From a virus, in the IMG/VR virus record IMGVR_UViG_3300005077_000565, positions 96,001 through 160,000 of that record: a stretch of DNA of 64,000 nt; one strand, 5' to 3'. Positions 37,306 to 48,197 of this stretch are shown here, piece after piece (position 1 is the stretch's first letter; every line of letters starts with the position of its first letter). The position numbers and the translations under genes were made by a program. The notes beneath the pieces were generated by a model. That model worked only from the letters and a program-made list of their open reading frames with translations. It searched no databases and was not told the DNA's origin.

Positions 37306-38079
37306 ATGGCAAATACCAATCATCAAAATAAAAGAAAATTTCATACTGTTTATCAAACCACTAACCTGATAAACAATAAAATTTATGTCGGTGCTCATTC
37401 TACAGATGATTTAACCGACGATTATTGTGGATCTGGAACTAACATAACTCGTGCATTAGAGAGATACGGGAGAACTTCTTTTAAGAAGGACATATTATAT
37501 GTGTTTGAGACACCAGAAGAAATGTTTTCTAAAGAAAAAGAAATTGTAAATGCCGACTTTGTAAGACGTGCCGATGTTTATAATATTGTAGAAGGCGGGT
37601 ATGGCGGATATAATAAAGGAACTACAGGTCTAAAACACCTTCACCATTTAATTACTAACGAAAGATGTGCAGTTCATCCTAACGCGGTTGATAAAATGTT
37701 ACAGGAAGGTTGGTCATTGGGCAGGAATATGTCTCCTACAACCGATACTGTTTGGATTTATAAAAATACTGAGAAGAGGATGATACATCCTATTGACTTA
37801 TCTGTATATCTTAAAGAAGGATGGAAAAAGGGACTCCCTAAATCCCCCACACACGGAAAAGTTTGGATTTATCATCCTAAATTAGACGAGTATAGTTTGT
37901 GCGAAGAATCTGAACTTTCAATAAAGTTATCCGCTGGTTGGATTAAAAAGAAATGGGCTCCTGTTAAAAAGGGAGCCGTTTGGATAAACAACAGTATTGA
38001 TAATCTCCGAATTCCTAACGATGAAATAGATACTTATATTTCTAAAGGTTGGAAAAAAGGGATGATAACAAAATTTTGA
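37306..38079 (+). mobile_element. Free-standing Seg-like GIY-YIG homing endonuclease
   Basis: TVYQTTNLIN.KIYVG.H, Y.GSG, YN...GG; C-terminal WI...GWKKG repeats; AT-rich. Confidence 0.88.
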
Positions 38080-38090
38080 TTTTATGTCAA
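38062..38090 (-). promoter_or_regulatory. sigma70-like promoter pointing antisense into the endonuclease gene
   Basis: TTGACATAAAAT family, N17, TATCAT. Confidence 0.6.
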
Positions 38091-38650
38091 ATAAACAGAT
38101 GTTGGTATTTCGAGTAGAAATTCAGCGCTTCACGCTGTGTCATTGTGGGGATCTTGCGATATTCAGGCTCTAGGCTGTCCCAGTTACGGAGTGCTGGGTG
38201 TGTGCGATTTTTTTCACTTAACCGCAGGCCGTATCTCCACCCAGATTGTGTCTGTTGTTCTACCCAGCGATTATGCATGAATTTGGCAGCAGTGGCCCTG
38301 ATATTTTCGTAAACTTCTGAATCCATGTTTAATTCTAAAGGATTTTGTAGATCAGCATCAGCACGATATAAGTTGCTGGTTTCAATTTCAAAATCTCCAG
38401 AATATCTAACGTCCCAGGCACTGACTATAAATTCAGCCTCACTGGGTTGTAGGTCACGAGTCAAATATACTAGATATACATAGGGCAATGACTCGTCCCC
38501 TACCACTTCATCTTCTTCGACTTCAAACTCGTCGTCTTGATCATAAATTGGTACTCCCGGGGGAGAAAATTTGATCACTGAATTAAACCAGATGTCCATT
38601 TCGTCATCAGTTAATTCACGATCAGTCAAAAGTCGAATATAGTGTTTCAT
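38087..38650 (-). CDS. RyR-domain protein
   Basis: HNRW......GWRYG......RTHP.L..WD.L. Confidence 0.75.
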   Translation of the reverse strand: MKHYIRLLTDRELTDDEMDIWFNSVIKFSPPGVPIYDQDDEFEVEEDEVVGDESLPYVYLVYLTRDLQPSEAEFIVSAWDVRYSGDFEIETSNLYRADADLQNPLELNMDSEVYENIRATAAKFMHNRWVEQQTQSGWRYGLRLSEKNRTHPALRNWDSLEPEYRKIPTMTQREALNFYSKYQHLFI

Positions 38651-38652
38651 AA

Positions 38653-39153
38653 TTAACTACGTTTACGTACTATTTTAGCAGAAATATCATCGTCGCCGGC
38701 CGGTGCACTAGCAACAGCGGCAGCCTCCTTGGGTTCTTCTGCTTCAGGTTTAGTAGGAGCTGGTCCAGACTCAACGGCTGCGGCCGCTGGTTTCTCTACT
38801 ACTACACGAGTGATTGTGGGTGTGGGTGCAGGCACTTTTGATGATGTATATGCTTCCTTGCCATAAAATGCGGCGACAATGGCAGCCACTGATACAAAAT
38901 AGGTCGGAGCCATATCACCCAAAACCCCCGCGGCATTATCTAATTTCAACAAACTAGCCACGACCACTGCAAAGGGATACAATAACATCCCACCTAGTGC
39001 AAACCAAGCCATGCCGCGTTGTGCATCTTGTTTCTTGTCTTCGTTCTCTAGCATCATCATGCGTTCTGATTGATTGATCTCGTCGTCACTGACAATCCCA
39101 TCACCATCAACGTCATATTGATTGTATACTGAATTTGCTTGTAGCTTTTTCAT
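38653..39153 (-). CDS. 2-TM membrane protein with EF-hand-like loop (holin candidate)
   Basis: DVDGDGIVSDDE, two TM segments, late promoter upstream. Confidence 0.55.
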   Translation of the reverse strand: MKKLQANSVYNQYDVDGDGIVSDDEINQSERMMMLENEDKKQDAQRGMAWFALGGMLLYPFAVVVASLLKLDNAAGVLGDMAPTYFVSVAAIVAAFYGKEAYTSSKVPAPTPTITRVVVEKPAAAAVESGPAPTKPEAEEPKEAAAVASAPAGDDDISAKIVRKRS

Positions 39154-39217
39154 AGTAAATCACTCCTTAAAAATCTGACTACGTCTGTTATTTATTAAAA
39201 ACAGTATTATCAGATAT

Positions 39218-39907
39218 TTAAACCTGTGTAGTATAGGTTAGTGAAACGAAAGCAGTCCATTTAACTGCCGCGGCCGCAGATCCAGTCACTAACACCGACA
39301 ATGCGTCATTGACGTCGTCGGCTTCGATAGCCGCAATCCAATCTGTGTTAGTTTCAGCAACAATTTCTTCTATAGGATCAGCAATAAGAATAGTGCTACC
39401 ACTGTCATTAACGATGACACCAGTTAGCCTATAGCCACTATGTTCGTTGTTAGCCGAATCCCTACCGACAATTTTAACTTCAGCCATGGCCACTGTATTA
39501 GCTGGTATTGCTATTCTGTAATTGTAATAAGTAGTGCCACCTGAACTAAAACTACTCTGCATCTGTAAAAGCGTGCTACTGAGAATGTCTGGTGATTTTA
39601 AAAACAATTCTGATTCAGTGTCATCGCTAGTTTCCCCGGTCAGTATAAATTGAATTTGTTTAGCGTTGCTGTCATATGAGCTTGTTATCACTAATAGATC
39701 CGCAGTTGAACCTCCACCGACGCCCAGTTCAACCCAACCGATATTTTTATATATCCAGAGTTTCGAATCAGCAGTGTGCTGTATGTAGATATCCCCCAGC
39801 TGTGCACTAGTGGATGGTGATGCAGTCCCCTGAAAAAAAGTCGGACCGCTTTTATGAATTTTAAAGCTAGGATAACTTGTACCCTTAGCATTATAAGTTG
39901 TAGCCAT
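39218..39907 (-). CDS. Probable virion structural protein
   Basis: Beta-rich composition, GDIYI...LWIY...W motif, late promoter. Confidence 0.65.
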   Translation of the reverse strand: MATTYNAKGTSYPSFKIHKSGPTFFQGTASPSTSAQLGDIYIQHTADSKLWIYKNIGWVELGVGGGSTADLLVITSSYDSNAKQIQFILTGETSDDTESELFLKSPDILSSTLLQMQSSFSSGGTTYYNYRIAIPANTVAMAEVKIVGRDSANNEHSGYRLTGVIVNDSGSTILIADPIEEIVAETNTDWIAAIEADDVNDALSVLVTGSAAAAVKWTAFVSLTYTTQV

Positions 39908-39998
39908 TTAATACTCCGTTCAGTGTATTACACTGATCAGACAACTGTGTTGTCTGTCGTTAAGCATGTGTGCTTACTGATATTTAGTATACTCAAAG

Positions 39999-40023
39999 AA
40001 ATAGGCACCCTGGGTGCCTATTT
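39999..40023 (-). terminator. Terminator hairpin
   Basis: AAATAGGCACCC-T-GGGTGCCTATTT. Confidence 0.75.
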
Positions 40024-40044
40024 GTATTTTGATTAATTTAAAAA

Positions 40045-40308
40045 TTATTCAAAAGTAGCAACAACAGCGGCTGTTACACCAGTTGCGCCGTAGTTAGAAC
40101 CAGCAGTTACGCCAGCGCCCTGAACTACTAGAGTTAGAACGTTAGTTGCTACGATAGTGCCAGCAACAGTGTTACCTTCAGCTTCAGCAGCAGCGATAGC
40201 AGCCTTCATTTCAGCTTGGGTGATGCTTGATTTGCTCATAGTTACAACTTGAGACTTGGGACCTAGACCGTTACTTGAGCGTACGGCAGCAGTACTTGTT
40301 AATGCCAT
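40045..40308 (-). CDS. Small Ala/Thr-rich structural protein
   Basis: Own late promoter, AGGAG RBS and terminator. Confidence 0.7.
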   Translation of the reverse strand: MALTSTAAVRSSNGLGPKSQVVTMSKSSITQAEMKAAIAAAEAEGNTVAGTIVATNVLTLVVQGAGVTAGSNYGATGVTAAVVATFE

Positions 40309-40382
40309 TTTAAAATCTCCTAAAAATGTCTGCAATATTAATATTGCTTAAATTTATTTATCCTTTTTGGATAATTTACCTG

Positions 40383-42134
40383 TTATTCAGCAACATAAGT
40401 TACTATAACATAACCTGCACCAGCACTTGCACCAGTTATAGTGGCCAATAGTTGTGTGGCACTACCATAAAGATGCATGGTATCAATCTGATATATTCCT
40501 GTGGACTGTGCATCAATTTCATCAGCACTGGCCAGTTCGCTAGTAGCGCTGGTACGACCAATAACGATTTCAGCACCGGAAGTATATGCACTAGTAACCA
40601 CCACTTTCACAGCAGTGATGCGACTGTTTGCTGGTAAAATTGCACCAATGTTGACATCACTAGTTCCCAGTGTTACTTGTCGTGTGCTTTCAACACCCTT
40701 AAGGCTAGTAGCAGTAGTCCAAGCTGGGAGGCCACTGTCAGTTGTCAGTACCTGCGTATTAGTGCCTGTACCAATGGCCAACTTGGCTAATGTACCGTCA
40801 GAACCAGTACTGCCAGCATAAATCAAATCACCAGCAGTGTAGGAATCTTGACCAGTACCACCGTGGCTTTCTGGCAGAACACCAGTCACCGCATTAGCGG
40901 CAGCTAAATCAACTGCACCATATTCTAATACTCCAGCGCCGCTGACACGTAAAACCTGGTTGTTTAATCCAACACTTAGTTTAGCTAATTTGCTGCCACC
41001 ATCACCGTACAATAGGTCGTATTGGCTATATGAACTTTCTCCAGTACCACCGTTGGTTTCATCTAAAACACCACTGACACTGACGCCAGTCTGACCTAGA
41101 TCAACTGCGCCATAACCCAGTGTTCCAGAACCATTTACTCGTAATACCTGATAGTTGGAACCTACGGTAAGCTCAGTCGTGCTGTTATTAGTCAAGTCAC
41201 TTAGATACAGGCTCTGATTGGCAAAGGCGCTGACATCAGCACCCATGCCGCCGCGGCTACGTAGCAATGTACCAGTAGTGGCGGCCGCTTGATTTAAACT
41301 CAGTGCGCTCCAGTTGGCAGTGCCACCAGAACCATCAGATACCAATACCTGATACTGTGTATTGCTGGATTTAACAGCTAGATCATCATCGTCTAAATGC
41401 AGTGTAGTACCATCAACACGTACATATATACGGTTACCGTCCTGTGCTAGACCGTCGTTGGCGTAGATGCCAGTTACACGACTAAACTGAGCCCATACAA
41501 TTGGGTCAGTGCCGATCACAGCAGCCGATGTTGGTGAGCTTACTACCCAACCACTGTCCTGCCAGACTGTGCCTTCGAGTACGAATACAAACACCCCACC
41601 GCCGAATTCGGTCTGTGTACTTGGTGATGCTGTACCTCCGGGTGGTGGTAAATTGTCGCAATCCTCTGCACGGGTCAGTGTACCAGATGCAAATACGAAC
41701 ACACCGTTACCAATTTGATCGCCACCAGTGGCATCTTTGATAAGAACACGATCGTCGTCATTCAATGTAACGCCGTCGATGACACCACCAGTCAATGTCC
41801 AGGTATCAGTACCTGAATTATAAGACAAGTTTGTCATGTCATTAGTGGCTGTACCACCACTGACATTACTGTCAATGGTTGTTAACCCGTTTGTGGCAAC
41901 ACGACACGCTTGTTTGGGCTTTAAGCCCTGTGCCATACTGTCTACGTAGTATTTTGTGGCTGCATCACTGTTAATTACAGGTTCAGCAACACGTAAATTT
42001 ACATAACTTGAATCAGCGAGGTTTCGTACTGTGAAAACATTATCACCAGAGTCAAACTTAATACGTCCGTTGCCCTTGCCAAATTGAACGTCCTCGTTTA
42101 CACCTGCTAAACCATATTGTTTAATGAGTGCCAT
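40383..42134 (-). CDS. Fibre-like virion protein
   Basis: DAATKYYVD, DRVLIK..NG, three G.L....GG.G repeats. Confidence 0.75.
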   Translation of the reverse strand: MALIKQYGLAGVNEDVQFGKGNGRIKFDSGDNVFTVRNLADSSYVNLRVAEPVINSDAATKYYVDSMAQGLKPKQACRVATNGLTTIDSNVSGGTATNDMTNLSYNSGTDTWTLTGGVIDGVTLNDDDRVLIKDATGGDQIGNGVFVFASGTLTRAEDCDNLPPPGGTASPSTQTEFGGGVFVFVLEGTVWQDSGWVVSSPTSAAVIGTDPIVWAQFSRVTGIYANDGLAQDGNRIYVRVDGTTLHLDDDDLAVKSSNTQYQVLVSDGSGGTANWSALSLNQAAATTGTLLRSRGGMGADVSAFANQSLYLSDLTNNSTTELTVGSNYQVLRVNGSGTLGYGAVDLGQTGVSVSGVLDETNGGTGESSYSQYDLLYGDGGSKLAKLSVGLNNQVLRVSGAGVLEYGAVDLAAANAVTGVLPESHGGTGQDSYTAGDLIYAGSTGSDGTLAKLAIGTGTNTQVLTTDSGLPAWTTATSLKGVESTRQVTLGTSDVNIGAILPANSRITAVKVVVTSAYTSGAEIVIGRTSATSELASADEIDAQSTGIYQIDTMHLYGSATQLLATITGASAGAGYVIVTYVAE

Positions 42135-42166
42135 TTCTTACTCCTAAATTCTTTCGATACTCTTAT

Positions 42167-43543
42167 TTATACATAAGTTATTAAAATCTCTGCTTCACCA
42201 ACCGAGGCTGCGTGATTGATACCAGCTAATATAATAATATCAGTGCCACTGACATCATATATGAAATTTGGAAAGCTGTAATAACTTCCGGAAATCGTTA
42301 AATCATTTTCTACAGAACTCATAAATTTATCAGCAGTGCTGGAATCACCAACCACTAGGGTAGCTGCTGGGTCATTGAAAGGGGTGTTGACTTTAACACT
42401 GACGTTGACAATTCTAATACCGGGCTTGACTGTAAACAGCGGTGTGTTTGCTAGGCTGTTGACACCAATAGTTCGTTTAATACTGCGTGCATTGGCTGAC
42501 GTTGCTGATTTATTGATGACAACAGACCAGCCATCAACAGAGTACATGTAGTATCCCCAGTCATCGACTGCTGTTACATTCTTGACATATGCTGTGTCAC
42601 CTAGCTTGACTTCAGTTAATGTGTTAAGTTCTGATAGATCATTGACGACAAATGTGTTGGGCAGTGTTTCAGTGTTGTTGAGTCCGGAATTTACAAATAC
42701 TGCTCGGCGGTTGTCAATTTTAATATACAGCGGTTGTCCGGAACGTCGGCTGCTTACTGTATTGGGGTCGATATTGATCAATGATCCGGAACTTGACGAG
42801 TAGTCAATAAAATATAACTGACCTGGGCCGCCAGAGCTCAGTACAATGTCTAGTACTGGTCCAGCGGTGCGTATTCTGAAATAATCGTTGGTGGGGTAAT
42901 TTACTTCTTCAACTACACCAATAGCGAATCTGGCCTGAGTACTTGAAGATGATGTATGGTCCACGGCCGAATATGTACCATTATTGTTAAGTACTACTGC
43001 AGTACCAATAGAGAATGTGTGCCCAGGCTGAAATACCTGCAGTGTATCGTGCTTACCACGTTGAAAAAATCTACTTAAAATTTCAGCTGCAAATCCAATG
43101 GAGAAGTTTGCTGGCAGTACGTCGGGTAATGGAAACAATACTGGTAATTGGTTCTTAGTTTTAAATATAAAACCCACACCATCTAGTATAGCACCGTCAG
43201 CACCCTGTGATGGATCCATTAGCGCATTTAATTTATCTTCGTCACTGACAATCAATTCCACATTATTGATTGTGTTCTGACTAATGATCTGCGTTATCTT
43301 ATAAATTTTGCCACCGGACTCGGTTATGATATAATCCCCGACTTCGATGTCACGAACATCGTATTGTTGTGGTCTTAGACTACCGTAGCTGCTGTGTAAC
43401 TGTGTGTTAACGTCCATGAGTAGTCTCCACTCACTGGGCTGGCCAGCGGCATCATCGACTCCCGGAGTCCCGGGCCAGGTACCTTCAATGTTGAGTGTAC
43501 GCACACTGCAACTTAAAATCATAGGTGGAGCTATATTAGTCAT
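42167..43543 (-). CDS. Probable virion structural protein
   Basis: C-terminal domain resembles that of 40383-42134 (both end I.TYV-like). Confidence 0.7.
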   Translation of the reverse strand: MTNIAPPMILSCSVRTLNIEGTWPGTPGVDDAAGQPSEWRLLMDVNTQLHSSYGSLRPQQYDVRDIEVGDYIITESGGKIYKITQIISQNTINNVELIVSDEDKLNALMDPSQGADGAILDGVGFIFKTKNQLPVLFPLPDVLPANFSIGFAAEILSRFFQRGKHDTLQVFQPGHTFSIGTAVVLNNNGTYSAVDHTSSSSTQARFAIGVVEEVNYPTNDYFRIRTAGPVLDIVLSSGGPGQLYFIDYSSSSGSLINIDPNTVSSRRSGQPLYIKIDNRRAVFVNSGLNNTETLPNTFVVNDLSELNTLTEVKLGDTAYVKNVTAVDDWGYYMYSVDGWSVVINKSATSANARSIKRTIGVNSLANTPLFTVKPGIRIVNVSVKVNTPFNDPAATLVVGDSSTADKFMSSVENDLTISGSYYSFPNFIYDVSGTDIIILAGINHAASVGEAEILITYV

Positions 43544-43546
43544 CTA

Positions 43547-44614
43547 TTAGAAAATAATGTTAATATATCCATGTCCGTTGGCGTCAGCACCCATTACTGA
43601 AGCTACAACATTGATTTCAAAGGTGGTAGTGGGGTTATTTGCATCCAACAACACCTGATAGTTACCAGTGGGCTGACGATATTTGTATTTGTTGGTAACA
43701 CTGTCATAGCCGTAATAGGTCACTAATTTAGGCCAGCTACCAAACGCATGTGTAATTGATAATTGGTTACCAATTCTTGAAACTTGAAGGTCTGCAGGTA
43801 CTTCTGAAAATCCCTCTAGGTTACCGTCTTGTTCAAAGGTCACTCTGAAAGTTCGGTTTACAGTATATGTGTCAGTGGTCCAGGCTGGACCATTGGCAGT
43901 TTGCTTGAGGAAAGATCCAGTGGCACCAGTGGGTATGTTTCCAATATCACCGTCTTCAACAATTAGTACAGTTTTTTCATCTGAAGGTGCAAATCCATAA
44001 TCAGGGAAATCTACATGGACTTCATCACCTACCACTGTGGCAGTGATTTTTCCAGTTCCTTTAATTGAACGAAGCTGAATGTCCTCACCGTCTTTTACTT
44101 TGTATATACCAGCACCGGTACCAATGTTGCTGGCTGTATTAACTTCAGCTTGACAGTTGAATAAAATTTCATTAGGATCTTGTTGTATCTGAAAATTGCG
44201 GTTACCGGCGTGCAGTGCGAGACGTCGGAAACGTAACACATTGCTGACAGTGCCGGCGTACACTTCAGCCACACCAGCACCGATATTAGTTCCAGTGTTT
44301 AGTAGACTACCACCATTGGCAATGTCTATTAAAACAGTACTGCCATCGTCAGTGATGGACATGTTCGCGCCGACCTGTATACTTTTGAGATTGAGTGTAT
44401 TCCCAGTAACACCGTTTTCAATACTAGTTCCTGAACCCAGTGTACTGACCCCAGTTACAACAGCATCACCATCCAGACTCAGTGATGTATTTACAAAAGC
44501 ACCAGCAGACGGGCTCCACTGCAGAACGTCATCAGCAGCAATATCTGAAAGATCTATTTTAATTAACGGGATTGTCTGGGTAGTAATTGTTGAATTACTC
44601 GCATATATAGCCAT
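43547..44614 (-). CDS. Fibre-like virion protein
   Basis: Three NT..NIG.G...L.LRSI-type repeats; late promoter. Confidence 0.7.
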   Translation of the reverse strand: MAIYASNSTITTQTIPLIKIDLSDIAADDVLQWSPSAGAFVNTSLSLDGDAVVTGVSTLGSGTSIENGVTGNTLNLKSIQVGANMSITDDGSTVLIDIANGGSLLNTGTNIGAGVAEVYAGTVSNVLRFRRLALHAGNRNFQIQQDPNEILFNCQAEVNTASNIGTGAGIYKVKDGEDIQLRSIKGTGKITATVVGDEVHVDFPDYGFAPSDEKTVLIVEDGDIGNIPTGATGSFLKQTANGPAWTTDTYTVNRTFRVTFEQDGNLEGFSEVPADLQVSRIGNQLSITHAFGSWPKLVTYYGYDSVTNKYKYRQPTGNYQVLLDANNPTTTFEINVVASVMGADANGHGYINIIF

Positions 44615-44653
44615 ACTACTAACACCTTTAAATTATGTTAGTAGTATTTATGC

Positions 44654-45061
44654 TCAGACGTTCAAAAGGATTTTATTGATACTACCGTGATTGACACTAT
44701 CGTATTCAGTGTCGGGTAGGTGTGATCGATCAACACGAGCACGTATGTACATCAGGTTACCACGGAAAGTAAAACCTTCGGATCCAGTATCTCCTCCGTT
44801 AGTTCCAGTGGGACTTGCGCTGTTCACTGGGTATTGGCGATAGCTGGTACCACTGGTTAGATAGATTGGGAACCAGTCGGCTTCGGTGGGCTCGGTTACA
44901 ATAGTACCTTCAATGTGCACACGCCCAACAAAATTAGTAAAATGTACACTAACTGTATGCAGTCCGTCAGTGTTACCATAGAATGCATCAGCACGAACAG
45001 CACTGCCAGTAAAATTCAATTCTTCTTGGTTGGTTAAAAGTGTATAGCTAACAGTGCTCAT
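44654..45061 (-). CDS. Probable structural protein
   Basis: Beta-rich 135 aa in late cluster. Confidence 0.65.
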   Translation of the reverse strand: MSTVSYTLLTNQEELNFTGSAVRADAFYGNTDGLHTVSVHFTNFVGRVHIEGTIVTEPTEADWFPIYLTSGTSYRQYPVNSASPTGTNGGDTGSEGFTFRGNLMYIRARVDRSHLPDTEYDSVNHGSINKILLNV

Positions 45062-45070
45062 TGTTATTCC

Positions 45071-45238
45071 TTATGCTCGTTCAATTTCAACCAGTGTGCG
45101 ATTTCCACCAGCCATTTGTTCAATAACCGCCTGCAGTGCAGCCATGTTATCCTGATCCATGACAGCAGTCATGTCTGCTGTGTCTGGCAGCAGAGTACTA
45201 ATTTTAATTACAATAACTTCTTCGTTGATTTTAGCCAT
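45071..45238 (-). CDS. Small hypothetical protein (55 aa; not in ORF track)
   Basis: MAKINEEVIVIKISTLL...LVEIERA; GAGG RBS, ATAAATA upstream. Confidence 0.7.
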   Translation of the reverse strand: MAKINEEVIVIKISTLLPDTADMTAVMDQDNMAALQAVIEQMAGGNRTLVEIERA

Positions 45239-45248
45239 TTAATGTACC

Positions 45249-45986
45249 TCAATGAATATTTATCTTTTCAACTTCTGATATCAGCATTGCTTGCTGGTCA
45301 GTAACTGGGCTAGTACCACACATAAGTTTTATCTGTAGATAATCTACCTCGTCTGTTAGATATACAGTGCAACGATCCCAGGCGCTGACTCGGTAGTTTC
45401 GATTATTGGTCCCGTATCGTCGTCCATGCAAACCAAGCACCCTCTCGAAATTACGACTTAATTTGTAATCAGACTCTCCAGATTCTAAAATGTCTGCAAT
45501 TTGTAGAGCACCAGTTCCTACAAAGTCAGCATTGGCCAGGTAGGTGAGTTTATATCGATATTTTTTGTGGAAGAGATCCTTCCTCACTGATATTTTGGTA
45601 TTATTTTTAATCTGCTCGGCATGATGTTCATTAACTGGCCCTGCCACGTAGGTCAATATGTGTCGATATCGATCTAGTAGATATTTGATAACATCAATGT
45701 CATTGATGAATACGCTGAAATTTACTTCGCGCCGCAGACGATAGTCAATTTTATTCTCCAGAAGATAGTCGGTTATTTCTGTGTGTAGTTTTTTCAAACG
45801 ATAATATTGCTGCCAGCCCACGGTGTCTTCATGATGTTTATAAAGTCCGGAACTCCAGACATTTATGAATTCAAACGCTAGGCAGAAAGAATATCGACGA
45901 TAGAACAACCTTTCACTGACGTTATAGGTTGTTCCCGGCTCAGTCAGACGTTTGATGTCATTTATACACAATGCTGACTTGGTCAT
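45249..45986 (-). CDS. Hypothetical protein
   Basis: 245-aa ORF; start uncertain. Confidence 0.65.
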   Translation of the reverse strand: MTKSALCINDIKRLTEPGTTYNVSERLFYRRYSFCLAFEFINVWSSGLYKHHEDTVGWQQYYRLKKLHTEITDYLLENKIDYRLRREVNFSVFINDIDVIKYLLDRYRHILTYVAGPVNEHHAEQIKNNTKISVRKDLFHKKYRYKLTYLANADFVGTGALQIADILESGESDYKLSRNFERVLGLHGRRYGTNNRNYRVSAWDRCTVYLTDEVDYLQIKLMCGTSPVTDQQAMLISEVEKINIH

Positions 45987-48186
45987 CTAGTACATCCAGT
46001 TCAATTACGCTGTGCTCAGCTGAATCGAACAGCATTTTTCTAGCCAGCGGCTTCTTGATGTTTTCATTGATTTCGCGTGCCATGGGTCTGGCACCCATTG
46101 TGGTACTGAATCCTCGCTCACTCAACCAATCCGTAAGTGCCGGAGTCCAGGTTAGTGTAATACCACGATCCTTGACCATGTATTTGAGCTCTGATAGGAA
46201 TTTGTCAGTGACACTATTAATGTTTTCACGTGTTAGACGATTAAACTTAACGATGGCATCCAGACGATTGCGGAATTCTGGAGCGAAGAAGCTATTTACT
46301 GCTTTATCCTGTGCCCGCTCACGCAATCCTGCACCAAAACCAATGGTTTGACGTTCACTATCAGCCGCACCCAAGTTGCTGGTCAAAATAACCACAGCGT
46401 TCCTAGCACTTACTGTTTTACCATCACTGCTGGTGACCATGCCGTTGTCCATGACCTGAAGTAATACGTTCAAAACATCTGGGTGCGCTTTTTCAACTTC
46501 GTCCAGCAGCAATACACAGTTGGGGGTCTTTTCTAGTTCGTTAATCAGTTGTCCACTGCCAGTCTTGCCGTCACCGTGGCCAACATAGCCCGGGGGAGCA
46601 CCAATCAATTTGGCAACAGTATGGCGCTCCTGATATTCGCTCATGTCAAATCTCACCAATGTCATGTTCAGCAGTTCGCTCAGTGCCTTGGCGGTTTCAG
46701 TTTTACCAACACCCGTGGGTCCAGTAAACAAGTATGAACCAATGGGCTTGTCTTTGGATTTAAGGCCGGCTTTGGTGATATAGATGGCATCAGCCAGACG
46801 GTGAATCGCCTCGTCCTGCCCAAACACACGTTCTTTTAGTTTTGATTCAATGTCAACCATCGCTGATTCACGACGTTTGGGGTTAACGATCGTGTCCAGT
46901 GGAATTCTAGCAATCTTGCTGACTTCAAACTTAATGTCGTCTTCAGTGATCACTGACTTACGAGTCTCACGATCTGTGATTTTCTGACGTGCAAATGCAC
47001 TGTCAATTACATCAAACGCCTTGTCGGGTAGCTTCTTGTCATGCAGATATAGCACACTGAGGTCAACTGCGGCACCAACTGCTTCTGCGGTGATTTCCAG
47101 ACCATGATAGGATTCGTAGGTTGCAATACTTTGTTTGACAATTTCCTTGGCTTCGGCTGGACTGGGTTCGGGAACATCAATTTTGTAGAAGCGTCGTGCT
47201 AGTGCGCGATCCTTTTCAAACTTTTCTCGATATTCTTCGTAGGTTGTTGACCCAATGCAACGTAGACGTCCTTTTTGCAGGGCGGGTTTCAGCAAGTTTG
47301 CCACATCCATGCTACCACTGCCGGCAGATCCAGCGCCCATGATCATGTGAATTTCGTCGATGAACAGGATAGCATCATCTCGTTTCTCCAGAACATCTAG
47401 AATTTCTTTCATGCGTTCTTCAAAGTCGCCACGATATTTTGTACCTGCCAGCAGTGCACCAATGTCTAGACTGTAGACCGTGTGTCCTTGAATTGTTTCC
47501 GGCACCTCGGCACGAACGATCCTATCAGCCAGGCCTTCAGCGATGGCAGTTTTACCAACACCAGAATCGCCAACTAGAATAATATTATTTTTCTTACGAC
47601 GAGCCAGAGTCTGAACCAATACTTCAATTTCATGATCGCGGCCGATCAGCGGATCCAGACGATTGTGTTCTGCTTCTTTGTTTAGATTAATGGTATATTT
47701 GTTTAATACTTTGTCTGGGCTACTGCGCTTGCTCTGTTGTTCAGTGCCAGGCTCAATGATAGATCCGTTGTCAGTCAGATATTCAATGATGACTTCACGT
47801 GTAAGTCCATACTCATTACAGATATGCGCCGCGGTGCTGTTTCGTTCAGCCAAAATACTTAGCAATAAATCCACTGAAGTGATATGTTGCCGTCCAGCAA
47901 ACAATGCCTGTGTGAATGCTCGGTTAAATGTTCGCTCTAGTGTAATTGTCTTCTTGGGAGAACGAGCTTCCGTGGTTTTAATTTCGTCCAGCTGTGTTGA
48001 AATATAATCGAAAGCATGATCACAAATTGATTGAGAATCGCCGCCCATGCCGGTGATTAGATCAATAACATCCTGGTCTTCGCACACTACACACAGAATG
48101 TGTTCCAGTGTTACATATTCGTGCTCTAAATCTTCGGCAATTTTAAATGCTCGTTTCACCAGCACTTCAATTCGTTCATTGGACAT
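45958..48186 (-). CDS. clpA: ATP-dependent Clp protease ATPase subunit
   Basis: Clp-[33 protein letters not shown] loop, no M domain. Confidence 0.95.
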   Translation of the reverse strand: MSNERIEVLVKRAFKIAEDLEHEYVTLEHILCVVCEDQDVIDLITGMGGDSQSICDHAFDYISTQLDEIKTTEARSPKKTITLERTFNRAFTQALFAGRQHITSVDLLLSILAERNSTAAHICNEYGLTREVIIEYLTDNGSIIEPGTEQQSKRSSPDKVLNKYTINLNKEAEHNRLDPLIGRDHEIEVLVQTLARRKKNNIILVGDSGVGKTAIAEGLADRIVRAEVPETIQGHTVYSLDIGALLAGTKYRGDFEERMKEILDVLEKRDDAILFIDEIHMIMGAGSAGSGSMDVANLLKPALQKGRLRCIGSTTYEEYREKFEKDRALARRFYKIDVPEPSPAEAKEIVKQSIATYESYHGLEITAEAVGAAVDLSVLYLHDKKLPDKAFDVIDSAFARQKITDRETRKSVITEDDIKFEVSKIARIPLDTIVNPKRRESAMVDIESKLKERVFGQDEAIHRLADAIYITKAGLKSKDKPIGSYLFTGPTGVGKTETAKALSELLNMTLVRFDMSEYQERHTVAKLIGAPPGYVGHGDGKTGSGQLINELEKTPNCVLLLDEVEKAHPDVLNVLLQVMDNGMVTSSDGKTVSARNAVVILTSNLGAADSERQTIGFGAGLRERAQDKAVNSFFAPEFRNRLDAIVKFNRLTRENINSVTDKFLSELKYMVKDRGITLTWTPALTDWLSERGFSTTMGARPMAREINENIKKPLARKMLFDSAEHSVIELDVLDDQVSIVYK

Positions 48187-48197
48187 CTATATACCTT

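Noticed and set aside
35559-38079. Group I intron around the endonucleases
   Set aside because: uvsE is uninterrupted and the endonucleases are intergenic and antisense
40383-44614. Diversity-generating retroelement target repeats in fibre genes
   Set aside because: Repeats are degenerate protein-level repeats; no near-identical TR/VR pair or reverse transcriptase in the window
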